From IMG/VR virus record IMGVR_UViG_3300036785_000427, positions 1 to 52,490 of that record: a DNA stretch of 52,490 nucleotides; one strand, 5' to 3'. The position numbers and the translations under genes were made by a program. This document shows, piece after piece, positions 34,982 through 43,732 of this stretch. The stretch is from a virus (lineage: Duplodnaviria > Caudoviricetes). Below the pieces are notes generated by a model that saw only the letters and a program-made list of their open reading frames with translations, ran no database searches and was not told the origin of the DNA. Each line of letters starts with the position of its first letter. Position 1 is the first letter of the stretch.

Positions 34982-36314
34982 GGGGCGTCACCTGTGATGG
35001 AGGGTCTGTGAACCAAGATGGATCGTAAAACTGAACTCTGGCATGAAGAATAAACTGTCTAGCAATATCCCTAGAAACAGTTTGTAGATAATTAACCTCA
35101 TACTCTATTGATTTATATTGAGAAATTGTCTTTGTTTCTGATGAAGTCTGCTTCTCATCATAAGGAACAGGACTATTGGCAAATCCAAGAGTCATCCAGT
35201 CTCGAGAATAATTTTCTACACAAATCATAAAGTCACTAACATCTTCAGCATCTAATCCATACAAATGGATCTTAACTTTATCCCTACATAGATAAGCAGT
35301 CTGTGTCCTAGAACCCATATATGGGATCATCGCCAATGGTTTTGTCTCTTCAATATGCACAGCACCGAACGGGGGAGGTAGATTATCATCTACTAGATAA
35401 GATGGATATAGAGGAAATGGACAATTAAAAGTAGGATAAGGAGGGACATAATTCGCCAGACTAAGCCAAATAGGTAAAGAATTAGAAGGAATAACAGTGG
35501 GCTCAAATTGACTAGGATCACTAATTATCTGAGTTGCATGAGTTGATTTAACTGCTACCCCCTGATAGTGATAAAGATCAGCTTGCTCATACAACCGACC
35601 ACGACTACTGAAAGCAAATAATAGACTTCCATACGTTCCAATATACAGATTATTTGGACCTATTATATTGAATGCCTGTATTTCTGACAACGAAGTAAAT
35701 ACAATCTCATTAGAATCTACGGTTGCATCTTCGCGTTGTTCACTAACTGATGCATAATGAAAAGAGCCTTGAACCTCCATATCAGTTGGTAAAGTAACAG
35801 ATGGTAATGAAGCATACAAGATACACGAAAATTTATGACCATCACTAGGAGAAGTAACCCATGCTCCATTTGAATTATTAGCCGGAATATCTACACTTTC
35901 TCCTGGCTGAAGTACATTTGTCGTAGAAGTTACATAGGAATAGGAAGGACCAGTAAAATCATAAAATAATGGTTCTGCCACACTAAGCCCTTGATCTGCT
36001 GCTAGAAGAGGATTAATTATCTTACCTCCTACAATCCTGTTTGCACCCCAGAAACTACCAGGAGAAACCTGAGTAGCAGCACCACCATCATCTGTTATTA
36101 TAGCCATTCCTTGCATTGGTTGGATACCAGGAGTAGTAATCGGATTCGCACTTGAAGGCACTTTTATCCAATAAACCATGCCGTCGAGAGGAAAAACATA
36201 ACGCTGATAAAGTGAAAAAGCGATTATCTGGTCCATCGACAGGGTCTTAACCCCTGCCGCAAGCGCTGCACCAAGAGGAGGTTTAGAATTAAGGGCGTCT
36301 GTTACAGAAGCCAT
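34944..36314 (-). CDS. Neck / tail completion protein with inserted accessory domain
   Basis: TAATG-coupled start; Y.RYVFPLDG.VYW, GSFHY, SNSLPIWL, YPSYLV..NL.PP; synteny. Confidence 0.65.
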   Translation of the reverse strand: MASVTDALNSKPPLGAALAAGVKTLSMDQIIAFSLYQRYVFPLDGMVYWIKVPSSANPITTPGIQPMQGMAIITDDGGAATQVSPGSFWGANRIVGGKIINPLLAADQGLSVAEPLFYDFTGPSYSYVTSTTNVLQPGESVDIPANNSNGAWVTSPSDGHKFSCILYASLPSVTLPTDMEVQGSFHYASVSEQREDATVDSNEIVFTSLSEIQAFNIIGPNNLYIGTYGSLLFAFSSRGRLYEQADLYHYQGVAVKSTHATQIISDPSQFEPTVIPSNSLPIWLSLANYVPPYPTFNCPFPLYPSYLVDDNLPPPFGAVHIEETKPLAMIPYMGSRTQTAYLCRDKVKIHLYGLDAEDVSDFMICVENYSRDWMTLGFANSPVPYDEKQTSSETKTISQYKSIEYEVNYLQTVSRDIARQFILHARVQFYDPSWFTDPPSQVTPHATDNISASLHG

Positions 36315-36724
36315 TAATACGATCCACCATCCATAGCATGGGTCCAAGAAGCATTTATACGAGAGTACGTGAAACCATCAGACGGAGCATCGGCAATACC
36401 ACCACCTCCACCAACATGAGTATCCACATAACTCTTATTTGCCGCGTCACCAGAATTAGTAGGAGTAGGCAAGTTCTTAACGATAAATGAATTAGCATTT
36501 TTCGCAATTCCAGAAACATTGGGATTTATAGTCAAAGCGTTTAACGAAGCTGAATAGATAAACAGTACTCCATCAGTATTTCTAGTAACTTGTTGGCCAT
36601 TACTCCAAGGTGGAACTGGAGAATACGTCGGCAAACTTATTCCGCTACCAGCGATAACGGATACACTATCAACAAGAACACCAGAGCCAGAGGTGACCAA
36701 TCTAGGAGCTGCATTCATTACCAA
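36314..36724 (-). CDS. Collar/whisker-like fibre protein with foldon-like motif
   Basis: NLPTPTNSGDAANKSYVD; IADAPSDGFTYSRINASW; ends MDGGSY. Confidence 0.7.
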   Translation of the reverse strand: MVMNAAPRLVTSGSGVLVDSVSVIAGSGISLPTYSPVPPWSNGQQVTRNTDGVLFIYSASLNALTINPNVSGIAKNANSFIVKNLPTPTNSGDAANKSYVDTHVGGGGGIADAPSDGFTYSRINASWTHAMDGGSY

Positions 36725-36999
36725 TTAGTACCAATCTGAGTCCAAACCCCAGGATTAGTGTAAAGATACAGACCATTGTTCGCAGGATTTAACCACTGCC
36801 ATCCTAATTGCGGACTAGAAGGAGGACTATTCCCATACCAAGCACCACCTTGAACTGGATAAGATGGTATAGATTCAGGGGGTGGAGAAGAAACAAAAGG
36901 GAAAAATGTAGGAGGAGAAACAATCACAGGTGCAGGAGGAACATAGTTCTTTGCATAATAGTCTTGAGGCAACTGCCTCATATATGGTAGAATAGCCAT
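36718..36999 (-). CDS. Pro-rich small structural protein
   Basis: PPSSPQLGWQWLNP....LYLY...G.W fibre-docking-type motif. Confidence 0.6.
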   Translation of the reverse strand: MAILPYMRQLPQDYYAKNYVPPAPVIVSPPTFFPFVSSPPPESIPSYPVQGGAWYGNSPPSSPQLGWQWLNPANNGLYLYTNPGVWTQIGTNW

Positions 37000-37125
37000 C
37001 TACTTCCCACCAGAAGGATTAGAACATGCACCAGGAGATTCAGGTTTCGAAGGTTTAGGAAGAGGCTTCCCTTTGCCTTTAGGCTCACCGGGTTTATTGA
37101 TAGGAGAACAGGGTTCAGTAGACAT
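37000..37125 (-). CDS. 41-aa Pro/Lys-rich peptide (not in ORF track)
   Basis: MSTEPCSPINKPGEPKGKGKPLPKPSKPESPGACSNPSGGK; GAAGGA RBS; stop abuts next ATG. Confidence 0.55.
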   Translation of the reverse strand: MSTEPCSPINKPGEPKGKGKPLPKPSKPESPGACSNPSGGK

Positions 37126-37126
37126 G

Positions 37127-37267
37127 CTATTTTCCTTCAGTTACAGAAGATTCCCAACCTCCTGTAAAATAACCAGTCCAGGCTAATATCAACAATGCAA
37201 GAACAATAATAATAAATCCTCCAAGAGCGAGGCGTTCCATCAAACCTAAATTAGCCCACTTAGTCAA
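37127..37267 (-). CDS. 46-aa single-TM membrane protein (not in ORF track)
   Basis: TTG start overlapping upstream TGA with GGGAG RBS; LALGGFIIIVLALLILAW. Confidence 0.55.
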   Translation of the reverse strand: MTKWANLGLMERLALGGFIIIVLALLILAWTGYFTGGWESSVTEGK

Positions 37268-37425
37268 TGGAATACTCTCCCTAAGCCACCTAGCAGTTCA
37301 CTAGCAATCCAGAAGGCAATAGCAGCCCATCCAAAATTCCAACGTCCAGAACTCTCCATAATACATGCGGCGATAACAGCAAAGACAAATGCAAAAACTA
37401 AGAGAATTAGGCCAACATTCTGCAT
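37264..37425 (-). CDS. 53-aa two-TM membrane protein (not in ORF track)
   Basis: MQNVGLILLVFAFVFAVIAAC...WNFGWAAIAFWIASELLGG; starts directly after upstream TAA. Confidence 0.65.
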   Translation of the reverse strand: MQNVGLILLVFAFVFAVIAACIMESSGRWNFGWAAIAFWIASELLGGLGRVFH

Positions 37426-37920
37426 TTAAGGCTCCATCCATGCTTTAAAGCTTCGTTGATAAAGTGACGTGTCTATAAAGCTTGGGCGAGGAGCTCTTTG
37501 AGCATATGGATTTCGAAATAGATGAGAAACACCTTTTTGTGCAGCTAAAGTCGGAACTCCACGTATAAGACCATCAAATCTTCGCCCAGATAAACTTCGC
37601 CTGAATTTTCCTTCTAATGGAACAGGGTTCCACACCACATCCCAAGCTCCACCACTCATTCCAGATTTTAAACCATCCACAAAAACTCCTTCAAAATTAT
37701 CAACAATGTGGTCTTCCTCCAAACCATAAAATGTTTCTACAATCTTGTATTTTTTCTCCAATTCAGTTGCGATTTGTCCTGTAGTTTTACCATATCCATA
37801 AGATAATTGTGGTGTCGATAACTTCTTAGGTCGTCTCTTCTTTAGTGAACCCAGCATCGGAGATGCTTGAGAATACCGAACAGCGTATGGAATATCTTCG
37901 AAACCAAGTTGCAGTTTCAT
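37426..37920 (-). CDS. Neck / tail completion protein
   Basis: ATGA-coupled; LE.KY.I, GVPT.AA..G, RPSFIDT.LY..SF.AW. Confidence 0.65.
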   Translation of the reverse strand: MKLQLGFEDIPYAVRYSQASPMLGSLKKRRPKKLSTPQLSYGYGKTTGQIATELEKKYKIVETFYGLEEDHIVDNFEGVFVDGLKSGMSGGAWDVVWNPVPLEGKFRRSLSGRRFDGLIRGVPTLAAQKGVSHLFRNPYAQRAPRPSFIDTSLYQRSFKAWMEP

Positions 37921-38372
37921 ATTGTGAGACCCCAGATTGGTCCCCATTGACCAGCAAACATTAGATATGTACGTCCCCAAGGAGTTTTAATTAATTGTAG
38001 ACCCAACAATGTTAGATTTTCTAATTGCTTGATAACCGTGATTCCTTCACCAGTACCTTGATCATGTGCCTGAGTTAAGAATCCCGGTACAAAACTATTG
38101 ATGCCAAGTTTATTCCTTAAATCAGTCCAATACGTAGAATTTGGATTATCCTGAGCAATTTCAACTAATATTGCTCCACCAAGATTATAGACCGCCATTG
38201 CATAGATAGATAATGTGGTAGACTGACTTGGTACTGATTGTAATCCTAAATAGGCCAGATTCAAAGCTTCATTATAAGCCACTTCAATCGTAGTAGAGTC
38301 AGGCATAGACCCATCAGGCACGCCCATGATAGCCTGAACCCAAGTGGTGAAATCATCTAAAGTAGGATCCAT
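37917..38372 (-). CDS. Head-tail adaptor protein
   Basis: Y..AVYNL, KTPWGR.YL; position downstream of capsid. Confidence 0.7.
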   Translation of the reverse strand: MDPTLDDFTTWVQAIMGVPDGSMPDSTTIEVAYNEALNLAYLGLQSVPSQSTTLSIYAMAVYNLGGAILVEIAQDNPNSTYWTDLRNKLGINSFVPGFLTQAHDQGTGEGITVIKQLENLTLLGLQLIKTPWGRTYLMFAGQWGPIWGLTI

Positions 38373-38914
38373 TACCCACGACGTCCACGCCGACCTTGAT
38401 TTGACGGTGGTCCACTTTGAGATCTTGTAACACGAATTCCTTCAGCAGCATGGTCTAAATCTTCAGCGTAACCACCTCTAGGTTCTTCTTCAGAAAAACT
38501 CATTTCTAACTGACGCAATGGTGCACCAATCTGTTCTTCAATTTGAGAGTTCACAGCAAGTGCTGCTTCTTGTCGAACACGTTGGCCAAAAGCTTTCAAT
38601 GCATCATCTTTCTTTTGCATTCCCCTACGAAGTTTCTCTGACGAAATTGGTTTCCCAACAGAATAAATTAACCCATTGAATGGACTACTACGATTCTCAC
38701 TTAGATCATCCACAGAAACAATCCCATACATTCGATGCTGATCTATAATAGCATCAATTTCTGGAGGACTTAAATCAACATTTACACCATTAGGAGCAAC
38801 ACGAATTTGCCCACCAATTGGGATTGTTTGCGTCACGATACCAGTTCTTTCTGGTGTACGATACGCAAACATCTGAATCTGTTTAGATACATTCCCAACA
38901 TACAGTTCTGGCAT
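38372..38914 (-). CDS. Hypothetical virion morphogenesis protein
   Basis: GGAGG RBS before ATG 38914; immediately downstream of capsid. Confidence 0.7.
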   Translation of the reverse strand: MPELYVGNVSKQIQMFAYRTPERTGIVTQTIPIGGQIRVAPNGVNVDLSPPEIDAIIDQHRMYGIVSVDDLSENRSSPFNGLIYSVGKPISSEKLRRGMQKKDDALKAFGQRVRQEAALAVNSQIEEQIGAPLRQLEMSFSEEEPRGGYAEDLDHAAEGIRVTRSQSGPPSNQGRRGRRG

Positions 38915-38928
38915 ACAATCCTCCAATA

Positions 38929-38995
38929 ATTCTGCGCCGGACGCTTACAGTCGTCCCCATAGTTTGAAGCACGGCAGTTCGTGCTGGCGCAGAAT
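38929..38995 (-). promoter_or_regulatory. Three-way-junction RNA structure after capsid gene
   Basis: Perfect stems ATTCTGCGCC/GGCGCAGAAT, GGACG/CGTCC, AGCACG/CGTGCT. Confidence 0.65.
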
Positions 38996-39002
38996 CGCCG
39001 GC

Positions 39003-40025
39003 TTACTGATACTGCATCGTCACGATTGTAATCGCTTCTGGGCGGACACCCCATCCAGAAGTAACCCGCTGCTCGGCAAGCACGTCGATTGCACCGCCGG
39101 CGAGAGGCACCGGGATTTCTTTCGGTGCTGCCATGTCACAAAGCTGAAGCGTACAGGCTTCCATTGAAGGAGTCAGCTTCGCAAATTCGTTAGTGTTGAT
39201 GCGTGAACCTTTTGGCTGCTCAACCTCCGGCATAACGATGACAATTGCGTCATTACCACCCGCACCCTTGCCGATCAGAGTATCGTCATAAGCCCAGATG
39301 ATCTCATCATCGTTCATTTCCAAAACATCTTTGATCACGCCAGCCGTGGAAGTGCTGCCTGCACCAACACGCTGATAGCTGGTGAGTTGCACGATGTTCT
39401 GATATTCCATGGCACCGAGTGTCCGTTGTGGTCCAACGAACACAAACTTACGACCAATGCCAAGTTGATTAGTCCTGGTCTTAATTGCACTTACCTGTGC
39501 GATCAGGAAAAATGCCATCTGGCCGTTGTCATAAGTGACAACCGTTGTATTTCCAGCACTGTCTGCCGGTAGAGTGACTGCTGTCGCGCCACTGGTATTG
39601 ACCAAGCCTTCGCCATTGATAGGATTAAACCCATACAACAGAGCATTCCTAATAAGCTGGAATGCAGCTTGCCGCATACCGAGACGATGTGCATCAACAA
39701 TGCTAAGACCCCATCGGGACATCGCCGCAGTGTCGTGGTGATCATATTCTGCACGAACCCGTATCAGATATGTCGGAGCACTGATTTGCGACAGTGAGAA
39801 GTTGACTCCTGGCAACTGATTATAAGAAGACTGACCAGCAGCCATACGAGTACGAAGATCGACACGCTTGATGTAAGCGTAGAGATCTCCATCTGACAAT
39901 CTGATCAAAGGAGCTCCCGAAGCTAGAAGCTCAAATGCACCAGATGCCTGAGAATACGGCATCAAGGTATCAGGCATCATGTAAGAAGGATGGACCTGAA
40001 CGAATGCCGGAGCAATCGAAGCCAT
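39003..40025 (-). CDS. Major capsid protein
   Basis: 340 aa after decoration gene, AGGAG RBS; R.A.L.G.....GEGL.N, R.TSGWGVRPEA. Confidence 0.85.
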   Translation of the reverse strand: MASIAPAFVQVHPSYMMPDTLMPYSQASGAFELLASGAPLIRLSDGDLYAYIKRVDLRTRMAAGQSSYNQLPGVNFSLSQISAPTYLIRVRAEYDHHDTAAMSRWGLSIVDAHRLGMRQAAFQLIRNALLYGFNPINGEGLVNTSGATAVTLPADSAGNTTVVTYDNGQMAFFLIAQVSAIKTRTNQLGIGRKFVFVGPQRTLGAMEYQNIVQLTSYQRVGAGSTSTAGVIKDVLEMNDDEIIWAYDDTLIGKGAGGNDAIVIVMPEVEQPKGSRINTNEFAKLTPSMEACTLQLCDMAAPKEIPVPLAGGAIDVLAEQRVTSGWGVRPEAITIVTMQYQ

Positions 40026-40086
40026 GTTTATACTCCTATGCTAGATATGGTAGGCCAGAGTTGGCCCCGGCCTCTTCAGGTTAAGA

Positions 40087-40692
40087 TTACAGCAGACAAA
40101 CCGCTGCTGCTCCGTTGTAGTTCCACGTCGTAAAGAAAGTTGTACCACTGTAGGATGGAACCATGCATCCAGCAGCTTTGATCGCTAGAATCCTAACATT
40201 CAACGCTGTAGTAGCAAAGGCAATGATCTTCTGGTTGACAAAGTCCCAGGAGACCTGAGCAGTGATTAATCCACCTTCCAGTGTGATCAGAGTAGGGTCG
40301 ATTGCCAGTGCAACACGAGCACCAGAACCAAGCCGATAGAAATTCACCATACCACCCTTATCAACTGTCGGAACAGGCGATTGAGGTGAATTATATGCGG
40401 CATAGTTCTGGTCAAAAACGCTGAACCCGGTAAGATTCGCGTAAGCTGCGGCACGAGCAATGATACTACCAAGAGCAACATCAGCTCGTGTCACAGGTGG
40501 ACGTTCCTGTGGAACATTCTCTGAAATTGCTACTCCACCAAACATTGGAAGAGTTTCTGTCTGTGCCAACCATCCTCCAGCAAGTGCGAAGCGTGCCGCC
40601 GGATCCGGATAAGCAGTGCCAACAATGAGTCCATCAGACTCGATGTTGAACATTCCAGGCGCATTAGTCTGGACATACGGATTTAGTTGCAT
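40087..40692 (-). CDS. Head decoration/cement protein
   Basis: Between scaffold and capsid; PMFGGVAISE, FYRLGSGARV. Confidence 0.7.
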   Translation of the reverse strand: MQLNPYVQTNAPGMFNIESDGLIVGTAYPDPAARFALAGGWLAQTETLPMFGGVAISENVPQERPPVTRADVALGSIIARAAAYANLTGFSVFDQNYAAYNSPQSPVPTVDKGGMVNFYRLGSGARVALAIDPTLITLEGGLITAQVSWDFVNQKIIAFATTALNVRILAIKAAGCMVPSYSGTTFFTTWNYNGAAAVCLL

Positions 40693-40725
40693 AACTGACT
40701 AGCTCCTTTCTACAAAGCGAGCGGG

Positions 40726-41706
40726 TTACTGGGATGCCAGAGTGCGGAAAGAAGCCACTCTCCGACCAGGACGACCCATCTGTTTAACAAAAGATTCTCT
40801 ACCGTAGAACACGATAGAACGAACACCAGTTGATGGGTCGATCTTCGTAACTGCACGCAACTCTCCTGCTTCCAGATCTACAGGATTAGAAGCTGCAGAA
40901 GCAGCGTCTGAATAGACTTGACTCTCAGCAATTGCAAAAGCCTCATCCGGCAATTGAGAGAATTTTACGTTCTTCCAAACTGTAGAATAGGACTTCAGCT
41001 TCGTAGCCAAACGGCGGCGATAATCGGCAAGGACCTCACCTTCCAGTGGCCGGGGAGCACGCTGCCCAAATCCGGAGAACACAGTATCCGCTCTTGCCTG
41101 TGCATCTGCAAAAGCAGCATGCTCTTCATCAGACTTCGGCTTCAACATGGATTCTAGACGCTTGATGACGGTTGCCTGATTTGCAATCTGACTCCTCAGA
41201 TCGGCAGCATCGGCCTTCATGACGGCATCATCCTTCTTTTTGTCATCGTCGTCGTCATCATCATCCTTGACCTTCTTAGGCGGAGGAAAAGCGTCGTCCT
41301 TTTTGTCATCATCATCGTCAGCTTTGGCCTTCTTAGGCGGAGGAAAAGCGTCAGATTTCTCCTTCCCGTGCTTGATTTCAAGCTCACCGTCGTCAGTTTT
41401 GGTTCCCTTCACCGGGGGCGGAGGCTCTGTTGCATCAGTTTTCGATGCTCTCTTAGCATCATCTTTGATCTTAGTCTTGGGAGCTGTGATACCATCACCT
41501 TTCTTGAGTCCCTTGTCATCGTCGTCGTCGTCGGACTTAGCCGACGAAACCTTGTCACTCCGATCCGACTTTTTATCGTCATCGTCGTCTCCTTTGATGA
41601 TGTGTTTCTCACCAACTTCAAGAGCATCCATCCGCTTGGTGAGAGCATCCATCTTTGAAATAGCGTCGGCCAGCATGGTATCGACGCTCACTGCATCTGC
41701 TGCCAT
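40726..41706 (-). CDS. Capsid scaffolding protein
   Basis: Asp/Lys-rich low-complexity centre with duplicated DAFPPPKK; RMDA; Q.RAD...G..AP.PL.GE. Confidence 0.7.
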   Translation of the reverse strand: MAADAVSVDTMLADAISKMDALTKRMDALEVGEKHIIKGDDDDDKKSDRSDKVSSAKSDDDDDDKGLKKGDGITAPKTKIKDDAKRASKTDATEPPPPVKGTKTDDGELEIKHGKEKSDAFPPPKKAKADDDDDKKDDAFPPPKKVKDDDDDDDDKKKDDAVMKADAADLRSQIANQATVIKRLESMLKPKSDEEHAAFADAQARADTVFSGFGQRAPRPLEGEVLADYRRRLATKLKSYSTVWKNVKFSQLPDEAFAIAESQVYSDAASAASNPVDLEAGELRAVTKIDPSTGVRSIVFYGRESFVKQMGRPGRRVASFRTLASQ

Positions 41707-41754
41707 TGGAATCCTCCTTGGTTGACAGCTACTATTTGCGCGACACCGCGCCGT

Positions 41755-42879
41755 TCAACGTACCATTAGATCTCTTCTAGTCATAAATTTGTCGAGTCTT
41801 TCAGCAAATTTACTAAGACCATCAGCTAATCCAACTAGTCCTGGTGGAATGCCTTGCATAGGTGGAGCAGGAAGACCACCAGCTCCTTGTGGAGGTAATG
41901 ATGGTGCAGGTAGTTCACCACCTTCATTATCCGGTTTAGCAGTCACAACCTTTTCACTAGGTTCACCAATAGCAGCAGAATCATTATCTATCCGGATACC
42001 ACTAGCGTCACCACCTTTATCCCAAACGCCTTTTTCACAAATTGCTAAGTGATCAACAAAGCTTGGCTTACCTTCAACAAGAAGATTATCTCCATTCTCT
42101 AACTCAATATTATAATTGACCTTAGTATCTCGAAAAACCACACTAGGAGAAGTTGATAGTTGGATGCTATGAATCGCGCCTATTGCCATCTTATCATAAA
42201 TCTTTGCGATACCCCAAACTTCATCTCCTTTAATATAAGGAATGAACATTGTCCCAACTACACGTTTAGAGAATTCATCAGAATTAAGTATCTGTGTAGT
42301 TGGATGATCCAATATAATTGGAATTCCACTGCATCGGCGTAAAAATTCAGGAGTAAGATATATGGTGTCACGACGATAGACCCATTCGTTTAGTTTAGGT
42401 CGATAACTGAACCCCGTACCACTGATCCGCAGATCAACTAGACAAACATTTTCAATGAATTGAGGAGAAACAAGTTCTTCATCTCGAATTGCCTCTGCTA
42501 TTTCTAATTCATTCATCCCTTTCATCTTACGTAAAGCAATATCACAACCGGGATGCAAGCCTAAACTAGATGCATGATCTGGATTTATCCATACAAACGC
42601 ATCATGCTCATGATTAAGGACAGGGCGAAACTCGTCAGGACAATTATGAATAAAAGTAGAAAAATCCACTCCATCCTTGACCCTACGACTAAGTAATGGA
42701 CCAACATGTCCAGAATTATATCCAGTTTCTTCTAAACACTCTCGAATCGCGCAACCTTCTATAGTCTCACCGTCTTTTTGCACACCACCAGGGAAGGCCC
42801 ATCCCAACCCATCTGTACGGCGGCAAAGTAGGATACGACCATTTTGCGACTTAAACAGAATTCCGGCAGCTACCGTCAT
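41755..42879 (-). CDS. NUDIX hydrolase fused to DUF2213-like head maturation protease
   Basis: Nudix box GG.....ET...CAIRECLEETG; G.PIILDHP, STSPSV, VDHLAICEKGVWD. Confidence 0.8.
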   Translation of the reverse strand: MTVAAGILFKSQNGRILLCRRTDGLGWAFPGGVQKDGETIEGCAIRECLEETGYNSGHVGPLLSRRVKDGVDFSTFIHNCPDEFRPVLNHEHDAFVWINPDHASSLGLHPGCDIALRKMKGMNELEIAEAIRDEELVSPQFIENVCLVDLRISGTGFSYRPKLNEWVYRRDTIYLTPEFLRRCSGIPIILDHPTTQILNSDEFSKRVVGTMFIPYIKGDEVWGIAKIYDKMAIGAIHSIQLSTSPSVVFRDTKVNYNIELENGDNLLVEGKPSFVDHLAICEKGVWDKGGDASGIRIDNDSAAIGEPSEKVVTAKPDNEGGELPAPSLPPQGAGGLPAPPMQGIPPGLVGLADGLSKFAERLDKFMTRRDLMVR

Positions 42880-43205
42880 CCACCAGGATCCTTTGGATGA
42901 GGATTGCTAGGTTGGAGATTATCTTTCTTCTTCGGTTTCACGCTTATTGGTTGTCTTTGTGCTTTTCGATGTTCAAAAGCATCTATACGTGAAATCAATG
43001 CATCACATGAATCAACTAATTTCTTAACAGGTTCTGCTTGCGCAGCAGTAAATCCCATATGCTGATTATCATCATCTCGATTTGAATCAACTCCAGTAAT
43101 CTTACCTTTATTCTTCGAAGCGTAGAAAACTCTCTCCCCTGTTTCAGGACCATACTGCTTTTCCATAGCAGATTTAATTTTTCCACCCTTTTCAGTCAAT
43201 GGCAT
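42876..43205 (-). CDS. Small basic head-module protein
   Basis: MPLTEKG.KI..AM..QYG...GE.VFYAS.N.G.I.GV; GAGG RBS. Confidence 0.7.
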   Translation of the reverse strand: MPLTEKGGKIKSAMEKQYGPETGERVFYASKNKGKITGVDSNRDDDNQHMGFTAAQAEPVKKLVDSCDALISRIDAFEHRKAQRQPISVKPKKKDNLQPSNPHPKDPGG

Positions 43206-43226
43206 TTTTAACCTCTAGGGAAACTA

Positions 43227-43559
43227 TCATTCCGTACCAGCCAACGGAGGTGGAGTTTCCGCAAAGAACGCTGTAACCTTCGGGTCGTTCGCCTGCAACA
43301 CATTCGAGTTGAAGAAGTTCTGCTCCTGTTTTGTCAGCTTAGGCCATAGCTGCATTAGCTCTGAATCATTTACCTCCACCAACACATTACCAGTATTCTG
43401 ACTGGTATAGATCAAGAACAGATAAAGCGTAGTATCACCCGGCTTTACAGAGTAACCTAAGACCTTTTCCCACCACTGCTGATTTTGTGTCTTCGCCGCC
43501 TCTTTCGCCGTGGCCGGGAAGTATTGCGTGACTCCTGCAGGAGGTGCTGTCATGTTCAC
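43227..43559 (-). CDS. Hypothetical protein
   Basis: GTGA-coupled ORF in the head operon. Confidence 0.6.
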   Translation of the reverse strand: MNMTAPPAGVTQYFPATAKEAAKTQNQQWWEKVLGYSVKPGDTTLYLFLIYTSQNTGNVLVEVNDSELMQLWPKLTKQEQNFFNSNVLQANDPKVTAFFAETPPPLAGTE

Positions 43560-43732
43560 TTTTTTCTATTTTTTCTCTGTTTTAGATAGTTTTGAGTAAT
43601 CTCTTCCCAACTTTCCTCTTGTTCTTCAACACTCAACAGCTTTTTCGCCAAAGAAACCAAATCTCGCTCAGAAACTTTATATCTTCTTCGTAAATAAGTC
43701 AAAGATTTAGCAATTTCACTGTTTAGAGGCAT
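43556..43732 (-). CDS. 58-aa hypothetical protein (not in ORF track)
   Basis: MPLNSEIAKSLTYLRRRYKVSERDLVSLAKK...; bridges portal stop and next start. Confidence 0.55.
   Translation of the reverse strand: MPLNSEIAKSLTYLRRRYKVSERDLVSLAKKLLSVEEQEESWEEITQNYLKQRKNRKK

Noticed and set aside
38929-38995. Hammerhead ribozyme
   Set aside because: Three-way junction lacks CUGANGA and GAAA core on either strand
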